Shown piece by piece: positions 13,425 to 23,439 of a stretch of 64,000 bases of DNA (its first letter is position 1; each line of letters begins with the position of its first letter). Location of the stretch: contig CAJINV010000001.1 in NCBI GenBank assembly GCA_905178155.1, positions 419,643 to 483,642 on the forward strand, read 5' to 3'. The notes beneath the pieces are model-generated. The model searched no databases, was not told the origin of the DNA, and saw only the letters and a program-made list of their open reading frames with translations. This DNA is from Amoebophrya sp. A120. Lineage: Eukaryota > Protista > Dinoflagellata. The position numbers were made by a program, and so were the translations under genes.

Positions 13425-14735
13425 GTGCATTCGAGCTGCAATCTTGTGACTGCAATTTTCATTGGCTCGGTAGGGAGGAAAACTGTGTTCCCAAAGGCGG
13501 TTCGCTGTGCTTTTGGTTTTCGCAGTAAAAAAGAACTGAAGTACCTTTTTGGCACTGAAACGCAGTCAATCTTAGAACTACTAGAGCTGTGTTCTCATTA
13601 AATTCGAAACTAGCAAAATCATAGCGACTTTCAACCCCACCCGCCAAGGGCCGCAATTGCTACCTCTTCCGCAATGTGTCGGGCGGGCTGTTGACGTCGT
13701 GGCTTTACTCTACCCAAGGTGCTACCTTTGCCAACTGATTGCTCCCGCAAATGATCAACATAGCCGTAGGGAAGTTCGTGCTCGGATGCCGAAGTCTTCA
13801 CAGCCGTAAGCAATGGATTCGTTTGCGCGCCGGCCCACCACGAGCTAGTATCGGATCTCCCGAACCTGGCCGGAGTCCTCATTTGCTTCACCTCCTCCCG
13901 TCTTGGATCCAGATCCTCAATATCGAGCGAAAACTTGTTCCCCGTAGCTTCCTCCCCTGGTGTCGGGCTACTGCTGGTCTCGAAATGCACATACAGGCCA
14001 CGGTCCAAAGTAGGCTGTAGGTCGTGTGCAAAGAGACTGCTGCTCGACGAGGACGTGGGTTCTTGTTGAGCTGCTGCCATTTCTATCAGCGACCCCGAGC
14101 TGAGACTGTTCACGCCGGAAGGTGCGGCTGTTGACGAACAAAGCGTGTCGCTGCTGAAGCTCCGCTGCCTAATTTCTTCCTTTAGCCGGTGCAGTTCTTA
14201 TGCAATTCAAATTTCCTGTACATGTACAAAATGCATCACGAATTTCACCAACTTGGAGCATGCCACTTGTCATGCTATATCGAATTAAAAGGAAGCTTTG
14301 TCATGCAGAAACCGCATTTGTACATCATGTACAGGAAATGTACTGTGGATAGTTCTCCCACCGATACAACTTCGGCAGTGCTTTCCGACGCTTTTTTTAG
14401 AGGAGCTCCTTCGCCTACTGCTTTAGCTCGAGATGCCAGCAGAGAACCCGGAGAGGCGGCCGAGGTGAATAGTCGAAAGAGTTTGTTGACCTGCACTGGC
14501 TTCTTATAGTTGTTCCCTATCTGCAGCTTGTTCATCGAGACACGCGCCACAAGCGGCTCCTCGAGGTTCAGCGAATCGAACGTGGAAGCACCGGGCGGCC
14601 GCTCCTGTCGCTGCTCTGCGAGAAGCGCTCGCTCCCGGGGTCGAATGTCAAGGCGCCGTCCGAATGGGAGCAGTGAGGCTCCTGTTGTAAAAGCGGAGAG
14701 GTAGTTGGTTAGTTCTACTCACAGGCTCAGATTTT
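13425..14735 (+). repeat. Direct repeat copy 1 (about 1.3 kb) of the duplicated secreted-protein exon 2, part of its intron and 3' flank
   Basis: Near-identical to about 29575-30790, including non-coding tcgagctgcaatcttgtga...cattggctcg and gctcagatt. Confidence 0.9.
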
Positions 14736-14835
14736 TCGCGACCTGATAACATACGTTCCAATGGTCTCGAACGTACTTGAGCTTCGGGAGCGCCTGCTCC
14801 CAACTCAAAGGGGTCGACTCGACCAAGAACCCCAT
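13631..14835 (-). pseudogene. Chimeric paralog: exon 2 of the secreted-protein gene at 29831-31040, preceded by a 76-bp copy of the GCL 5' end instead of its own signal-peptide exon
   Basis: 13631-14681 is open after introner removal and aligns with 29831-30732. Probable GT-AG intron 14682-14754. The GCL ATG (14835) is out of frame with exon 2. Confidence 0.65.
14199..14351. mobile_element. Introner family I (TIR TATNCANNNCANATTTCCTGTACATG-like)
   Basis: TSD GTTCT (14194-98 and 14352-56); absent from the paralog at 30415-19; removal gives VGEL|HRLKEE. Confidence 0.9.
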
Positions 14836-15520
14836 GGGGCGAAACTCTTATGTATGATCGTTTGCACCAGACTTTTTCAGTCAGAAACGAAAACTTCAGA
14901 AAAATACGAATGTATTCAGGAAGCTGCACGACGTTATAGGTGAATCATCAGAAAAACCAAATTGCGAGCAGGAGACCCTGGAGATAAAATGCGAGTATCG
15001 CGCAGGATACAGCCAGATTACAACGCAGACACCTACTGCTTTTACTTTCGGTTTTGAAACATAATTTTGCAAAGAACTCTCGTTTGATCAGTTTCAACAT
15101 CATCATCCTGATGATGGAATGGAAACAAACTCTCATCGCTCTTCGTCTTCTCCTCTTTTTGAATGAAATCGCGGGAATTACAAAAAGTAGACCGATATTC
15201 TTGAAGTATATCCATTTTGTACAAAACACGACCGCGGCACCTAGTAACGTGCCAGAAAATGTGAAACACTAAGTCCGAGACGCATCTCACTGCCTCAGCT
15301 GAATTTTTGGATTTGGGCAGTCGTACGGAGCAGGGTTGTGATTAGCCATGCAGCAATAGACTCAGTCATGGTTATGTCGCAGACAAGCACTCGTGAAGTG
15401 GTCGGTTCTTTACTCACTGCAAAGCTACATTTTCACTTCTTTCGACTTGCACAGCTGCTCGGAAGGGTCCGACGACGGAAGGAGATTCACGGCTAGTAGA
15501 AACGGGGACCTCTATTTGAT

Positions 15521-18500
15521 TCAAGGCCGCGACTTCGCGGCGGCAGCTGGTTGCAGACCGTAGTATAAACCCGAGAAATCCCAGTCGGTTGGCGACTTTA
15601 TTCCGTCGTAATAAAACCCATCAACAGGAAGGAGCGAATTTCCCGGCCCGACTTCCTCCTTCGCTGCACGTTTCGCGGCCTGTGATCGCTTCCGTGGCTG
15701 CTTGACCAGAGAAAGAGATGCAGGTCGGTGAGTGGTACTGGTAGGATCTTGGGTTGTCGAGTGAGTAGAGGCTGGAGCCTTCACTTGGAGAGGCGCTCGG
15801 AAGGTCGAAGCGGGTGTCCCTTGTCCTTCAGCGGTCTTCTTCTCGAAGACTGTGCGTCCCACCCAGCGGTCACGCCCAGAGAGAAGATTTCGTCGCGGGT
15901 CTCCCTTGCCTCCGCGCCACTGGTCACGCAGTTCGAACAGCGCAGGCTCTCCGGCTGTCGGAGATTTATTTAAAAACCGATAGTACGTGACACGTCTGCC
16001 GCTGAGTTTCGAGGCATCAACTGCATCGCCGCCGCATACCTCTTCCGGCACAAATAGGCATGCCCTTCCCACCGTGTGCCAGCGAATAAACGAAGTCGGT
16101 GTCTCCGTCCACCGGTCGACATCGCTCAGCTCGGGTTGTCCACCAGCTGTTGGCACTTTTTGTTTTTCCCCGCCTTCCTTCGAACAAGAGTATGCAGAGT
16201 CGGCGCCGCTTTTGTGTTGCATCTCCTTCTCCAACCCTGGCCGCTGCTCTCGTGGCGAATCCGTTACGACAGCCTTGAAATTCCCATGCTCCCCTGCGGC
16301 CTGATGTGTCAACCGTGCCCCCGAAGCAGAGGTGCCCGCATTGCTTCCAAGGCCCGAGTGAACGCCTGTGCTCGTCGTGCCGATCGTCAATTGAGCACTT
16401 GCTGCGCTTCTTCCTCCTCGTGCTGCCAGCAGCGGATCTGCATCTGATGTTGGTTTTTCAAACGGGTCCAACCGGGGAAGCACGCCGCCAACCTGTGCGG
16501 ACGTCGCATGATCTTTGGTGGAGGTACTGCTTTGCCTAGACACGAGTGAAGCTTTGCATTTTTTCCCCGCGGTGGTATTGTCCTCGACGTTTCCGGCGGG
16601 AACGGCATTCGGGTTCTGCGTGCTGGAGCTTGGATCCTCTCGGCGGGCTCTCCTTGCAGCTGGAGAAGCTGCTCGCTCAGCAACTGCGACACTGTGCTCG
16701 TGTCCGTCTCCTCTCGCGTTCTCACCGTCGTTCTCGAACTCCGGCATGCAGTTCCTCAGCTCTTCTTCCCCAACAAGATGATCAAGATTTTTCTTTTTCA
16801 GGAGATCAAGGAGGTTTTCCATCATCTTTTCTTTATCGCGCTTTCTCCGCTTCTTTTCTGAACTTTCTACTGCGTTATTCCTTCGCTTGTCCGTTTCCTT
16901 GTTTTTGCTCACCTCGGGCGAGTCCGGTAATAATTTTTCGGCTGTTGTGTCTTTCTTCGCGCTGCTTGGCTCGATAGCAAGTGCAGGCTGGTTATTCGTT
17001 TCACCAACGTCAGGCTTCATCTCGTCCGCGAGTTCGTCCTCGAAGCACATTTTTCCACACACGACATCACCGTCCCCCGCGAGCTTCTCATCTGCAACCT
17101 CAAGCCTGGGAACTTCCTGCTCCACGGGATGCTCCGCACCGCCGGTGTTGCCGTTGATGCCCTCTAGCAGATTGTTGCTAGTACCCAACTCATTCTGATC
17201 CCGCACTGGCAAGGACCCCGCCCACAGCTCCTTGTTTGCTTCATCCGGGTCAAAAAACGAAGGCAACAACGCCTGTCCGTTCTGATTCTCGTCCTTGCCG
17301 CTCTCTCGAGGGGAGACGAGATCGAGATCGTGGGCCACGTCAGCAAAACCGTCTTCTTCCTCCATTTCGTCGTCCAGTTCGTCGTCAAGTGTGGCAAAAG
17401 ATAGTTGGACCCCCTTCGCTTTTCCGTCGGCCTTTTGTGGCAGCGCTGTCCACGACCAGCCTGGAAGCGCCTCGAGCTTGTCAACGTCTTCCTTTTCCAT
17501 CCGGTCCAGTTCGTGGTCCGTCATCTGTAGTATTTCCCATTGAAGCAAACGGCTTGGCAAGCTCTTCCGGATCTTGACTTTCTCCTCTTCCGTGAAGCTG
17601 CTGCTGTCAAAGGCATTGACTTGTGGTTTGCTGAGAACGAGTTCACAATACTGTTTCCGAAACTTTTCGCATTCTTCGTGCCGCAACTTCCATGACTCAG
17701 ACTCGTCTGCGAAAGTATGCTTGAGGTAAGAGAAGTCGCTCTGCTGCTGGTCCGGGAAGTATGCCTTGAAGGTCTCGTTGCGATTCAGATCACAACGAAC
17801 CGCCTCCAGAAAGATCTCGATCGTCGGATCAGCAAACGATGTATGAGCTCGCGTCGTAGCCTTCTTGGCACTCTTTCTCTTACTTTTCTTGTTCTGTCTG
17901 AGACTACTTTGTTCGTCAAACAGATCCCCCTGTTGCTGCTGATCGTCGTCGTCATCTTCCTCTATCATGTTATTCAAGTTGTTGGTCTTACTTGCCGCAT
18001 CGCCTTTTGAATCTCTGCCGGCGCCTCGTGGTCTATTGCTTGGCTTACAGAGGATGCCCTTAGAACCGTCCGAACGCTTCACCATGAAGATTTTGTCTAT
18101 CACTTCGTATTCTCCACACTCATCTGAACTTCCGCCCCTTCCGTCTGCAAAAGAAAGAACTGCAGAATCTTTATTCGGGTGTGGCGCAGAACCTGAAAGA
18201 ACGGGAATCGCACCAGAGGGACCGACCGGAGGACACTGCCCTTCGCGAGAGCTAGCTGCTCCGACATCACTTGAGCTTGCTACAATTGTGTTTCCAGCCT
18301 TGGGAAGTAGAAACGAGTTCTTTATTTCTCCTCCAGAGGCTGCCGAAATTTTCGTCACTCCGTCTGGAGGACCTGGGCGGCGGCGCGACGACCACGATGA
18401 ATCGAACACATTCGAGCTCTTCTTTCCTTCCGAACGCGATCGCGGGGAAACCGGAGACTCCGTCGAGGAATCGAGGGGGGGACTATGATCCTCCTGCGCT

Positions 18501-21500
18501 TTCTGTTGTCCTTCAAAGACCTGCAGAAGATCGGCCGCAGGAGGTGACGCCGGCAATAGTTGTTTCTCGTCCGTTTCAAACAGTTGCAGGCCCAGGCTCA
18601 CGCGCGAGCATGCGGACTTGGACAATTTCCGGGTCTCGCAGTTCTCGCCTTCGGATGCAAGCTCTTTGTTCTTAGCGGGGAGTAGCAAGAACCCCTTGGC
18701 CTTGCTCTTGCTCGCGGCCTTCGAACTTCTCTCGCTGGCCGCCGACCCCATTGCTTTTGCTTCTGCGAGTGGTCTGGGCTTCTCCAGCTCCGCCGTCCCT
18801 TTTTCGATGTCGAACGTCTCGATTGCTATGCCCCTTGCAAGTATCGCTTCGGCCGCTCTTCTCTCATGGTGTGGTGTCCCGCACGATTGCTGCAGTTCCT
18901 TGTCGAAATCCTCGGCGGCGACAAGAGTAGCAGCTTTACTTCCTGGGCCCTTCAGTCTTGGCGATCCGAGCATTTCATTGGCGTTCGAGAAGCTCAGCGC
19001 GTCCATAATGTCTGCACCTCCTACCTTCTCGACTATCCCGAGAAAAAAACTGTCTCTTTGCAGCGTTTACACTACAAGTTTGTTACAAACGGCAAAGAAA
19101 ACTTGTTTTACGCGTGCTTCCCAAGCGAAAATATGTCACTTAAGACCCAAAAAAAGTCTTGCATGTGGTCTAGCAGGACGTATGCGTCAGTGTCTGTGCT
19201 GCATCCTATGCATCGCAAGTTTACAGTGATGAAACAGTTTTTTCGTCCGATATCAACCGGGACCACTGCGTACCGATTCTTCTTGTTCCCCAAACCAATG
19301 AGCACGTTTTTCCACTTCGTCAGGCGGTCTTGCGCTGTTACGCCCAGGAAGCGTCTCTGCTGCGCGGGCGTCTTTGCTGAGATGCAGGCAAGACAGTGCG
19401 TGACGAGATGTAGCATGTTGATCTGCGACGGGTTTTCATCGTTGGAGCGAAAGACGTCGGCGGTGCGCACCGCATCGGATAATGCTGGCACATTGCTGCC
19501 ACCAGGCGGCGGCCTGTACAAGATGTTGCTAAAAAGCAGCAGCGCTTCGGGGTGCTTGCCTCCTTCTGGTGCCAGGATCGGCGCTTTCGGGTCGGCTCTC
19601 ATCACACGCGCGAACCGTTGCAGGTATTTCCCAATCTGATGTCGTGTTTGCAAGTTTAGTAGTGAATCCGTGATGTTGAAATAGATAATGATGCAAAATG
19701 AAAAAAACCTATTGGCTGCGGATCAGTTAGGCGCACTCATGCATGCGGACACCTACAAGAGAATCGGAAGAACAAGCACAAACAATCACTGCAAGTGAGA
19801 TGACTAGATCTAGACCCACTACGGTGGCATTTAGATTTAGAAAACAAGTACACACTAACGTTAGTGCGCACCAGCGGCAAAATAAATTAATACCAAATTG
19901 ATAAGTACCTGCTTTCCAGAGTGGGGGCTGGCACACTCCATGTCGCAGAAGAAAGCCATGTTGGCGTGAAACGTATCCACACCAAGCTTCAACATGTCGC
20001 AAGTGCAGAGGGCGTAAATGCCCTGCCCTTCGAGGGGACGGCGCTCGAACCGTGCGATCTTCTCCCCTCGTTCGGTAGTGCTGCAATCGTCGCGCGAATG
20101 CATCTTGTCCAGTTGAAGGGCCTCGCTCTTACCGAAGTCGTACTCCTTTCGTACCTTCTCGTACGCTTTCTCCTTGATTACTTTGCGGAACACCTGCCCG
20201 AAAATTTCTTGTGCCTCCGGCCCGGTCATGTCGTCAACGCTGATACTCTCCGACTCGTCCTCTGAGCTGCTCGTAGCGCTTTTACAAAATATGATGATGT
20301 TCCAGCATCCTTTGTACAGAGGGGTATTATCGAAGCACGCACGCGCCATCTTGGTAAAGTGCTGTCTTATCCGATCGAGCTTCGCTGCTCTTTTTATTTC
20401 CGCGTCCTTTCCCTTTGCCTTTGGATGCGCCTTTTTGCAAAAGGCTCGGTAATCTTTCAGTGCCTCGTCTTGACGGCTTGCCGCGCTGCCGGACAACATA
20501 TCACGAAGCACTTTCTCCATGGCCGGCCCGCTTTTGTTATCGTTTTCCGCAACGACTAGAGCAGTCTTAAGCTGGGCTCGCAGTTTCTTCACCGCGTGCC
20601 ACCCGAGCAATGACTCGCCAAAAAGGTTTGCCGCCTGCTGATAACAAGTTTCTTCTGCCGCGTTCATTTCCAAAGCGAGCTCGCCGACGCCGGCGGACGG
20701 CTCAAAACGCACCAGCGGATGGACATTACGCAGGCATTGCCACTCGATGCCATCACTCGCGGTGATTTCGTAGGCCAACGGGCCGAAGTGGGGACTTGCT
20801 TCGCCCACACCGTCGGCAAGAACCATTGGGATTTCTCCCTCGTTGTGAATCGTTCCGGTGTAAAACTCCCACAAGGTGCTGGCGTTGATTGGGTCGCTTG
20901 GGTTTTGGTTGTTGTCGGCGAAGATAGTTCGCGCGCGCTGGTCTGTGGTGAGATGCGCCTCGTCGAACACAACTCTAGCCCACTTATCGCCGACATCGGC
21001 CGCAATCTTACGCAGTTCGCCGAACGAGTCTAGTGTCGTCACGATGAGCTTTCTTCTTGTAACGCCGGTTACCCCCTGCTCTTTCCGCCAGTTGCTATAC
21101 TCTTTCTTCTGATCCTTACCATTCAAATGGGTGACTCGGCTGGCTGTCGCCCGTGCTTTGGCATCTGTGCCATTCATGCCCAAGGAGCAAAAAACGAAAG
21201 CGTCGTACTTTTCCGCAAGTTTTCCACTTCCTGTTCCTCCCCCAGCAGTACCAAAAGCAATCTTCTTGCACACGTAATTCGTCACAAAGCTATCCACGAG
21301 TCTCAAGGTCGGCAGCACGACGACGCTCGCTTTGTCGTTAAATGGAGGGGGTCGAGAAGCGGAGGAAGAAGAAGGCGGGGGACAGAGTAAGGTAGTGAGT
21401 CCGAATTTTTCAATTGTTTGCTGATCGATGTCTGTATCAGTGTACGCGTCCAGCAAAATGCGCGCACTAAATATCGAGGTCTTACCCAGACCGCAAAAAA

Positions 21501-22811
21501 TATTCAGCAGCGCTCTACCGCCTTGTGAGAGGCACGCCCCGCTCGCAGCGAGTGCACATCCCTGATATTCTCGTAGTCGTATGCCCGCCGCCTGAAATAC
21601 TGGGTGCGGCGGCACCCAATCCCGGGCCATTTGATGGCGGGGCAGGTCGTGGTGCAGAATCTCTTCACCCATCATGGGTGAAGATGTTCCAAATTCAGGC
21701 TGGTCATCTCTCCAGATGTCCATCGAGTCAGAGAAGGGATTTCCTTCCGGCTGTGGTGGACATGGCTCGACGCTGCCTTGTGCGCTCCCCTCCTCGACCT
21801 GTGGCCCGAAAGACGAACGACCTGCGCCTCGGTCTTTACCTCGGTCGTTCTCGCTGCTGGCACCTTTTAGTAATTCAACGCTGTCCGCCACTGGTCCGCC
21901 ACTGTCGTCCATCAGATTATTTTTGTTGAAGGATTATCAACTGCAGAAAGTGTGTGGGTTTGGACGAATGCCAGGTTTCTCATGCATGTTTTGCATAACC
22001 CATGATGCCTGTAATGCATGATGTTCCAAGAGCCTTGTGATGCATATGCCGCATGGGAAGCTCCCACACCGCGTCGCACCAACTGAACCCGTTTTGCTGG
22101 TCATGCAATACATTTCCTTTTTTTTTTTTAAATCCGAATTCAGCATGTCAAAATCCAACTTTCGAGAGGACACATTTTTGCAGTTGATACGGAGGAGCTT
22201 CGCGGCATCGCAGGCTTCATGTCCACCAGAAACAGGTTTGCCCCCCCGTCGTCTTTGTAATCGGACAGACCCAGACTTCCCTTGTTGTTCTGGTCGAGAA
22301 ACACGCGCTCCCTTTTCGCTGCGCCAGATGTGGCTCCGATGTCACACGGGGGCGCTACTCGCGCTAGTCGTGGGGACTGCAGGCGCGAAGTGATCTTCGG
22401 CGATTCATGTGCCGCGTCCTTGGTCGTCAAGCTGTAGGGCGCAGGCAGGTTGAGCGTCGAAGCAGGTGTCGCGGCATCATCTTCTCCTACTGTCCCCTTT
22501 ACACCTTTCGCCACTTGCTCCTCGATCGCACCGGGGGACTCCGTCTTGGAAATTGATTTACTCGAGTTAGAGGACGCGCCGTTCCTCTGTTGTAATTCCG
22601 CAACGTGGTCCGTGGACTCCTGCGGCCTTCCCTTCATCACGGCCAACGAGGAGGCTCCAGCTGCAGCGGCAGGAGTTCTCGCCACGGGGGCCCTCAGCTC
22701 TCCTCGTACTTCCCCAACGGTCCACCCATTCCTCCTGCGCACTTCGCCGCGCACTTCGCCCACGGTCCAGAGATCCGCTGGCTGTGGCCGCACGAACCGC
22801 CCGAAATTCAT
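15521..22811 (-). CDS. Superfamily-2 (ResIII/DEAH-like) helicase with a C-terminal helicase-associated (HA)-like domain, about 2200 aa
   Basis: LREYQ (Q motif), IFCGLGKT (I), VVLPTLRLV (Ia), VVFDEAH (II), YTGT (III), IIIFC (IV), LKLGVDT (V), QRFARVMR (VI-like, after GT-AG intron 19636-19908). HA-like WKLRHEECEKFRKQY...LLQWEILQ...DKLEALPGWSW. Introner 21935-22189 joins the 5' ORF. The junction near 19030-19224 is inferred, and its exact acceptor is uncertain. Confidence 0.7.
21935..22189. mobile_element. Introner family B (TIR TATCAANTGYAAAAATGTCTGGGTCTGGAAG), degenerate
   Basis: TIRs tatcaactgca.../...tgcagttgata; imperfect TSD AGGAT/CGGAG; removing 260 nt fuses ORF 22140..22826 in frame to 19861..21912. 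Confidence 0.85.
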
Positions 22812-23439
22812 TACTTTTGTCAGCAAGTTCAGCGTGAGTCTTTCTAGGTCTTTCTAGTTTTCAGAAGAGGTAGTTATTGAAGTCCTTACTTGTCTTTTTC
22901 CACCAGGGGTTTTTCTTGAAGAGGGGTTTTTCTTGCAGTAGCGCTAGGGAAAAAAGGCGTGCTTTGACGAGAACGGAACAAATTTCCTGCAGCGCCGAGA
23001 ACGTAAGGGATCCTGCAGCTCGTACGGTCTTTCTTTTTCCCGAAGACCAAGAATAACACAATCACGAAATGCAAACATAGCCACGGTAAAACGCCAACAC
23101 TCAATCAAATACCAGAAGATCATCACATCTCCGAAACAAACTAGCCGTAGCAACGAATACAAGGAGTCGAAGAACGAAGCTACCTTCAATTCCGTCACAC
23201 GTCAGGAGAAACAAGGAAAAACAAGACAGGATCGATGATATGATCGCACAAAAGAGATCGCGGTCGCCACCTGACGGGAAAAAAATAGGACAAACGCACG
23301 ACAATATCGCGACCAGTTCGTCTTTGACTTTTGTGAACTGCACTGCGAGACGCCAGGTCATACTTTGCCTGAGTCTTCAACTTCGTGGCTGACATCCGAA
23401 TCTCTACTCTTGGAAATGAAGCACATCCAAAAGATTTAC

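Noticed and set aside
22696-22770. Duplicated peptide WTVGEVRGE at the helicase N-terminus
   Set aside because: Two short degenerate copies only; no further structure.
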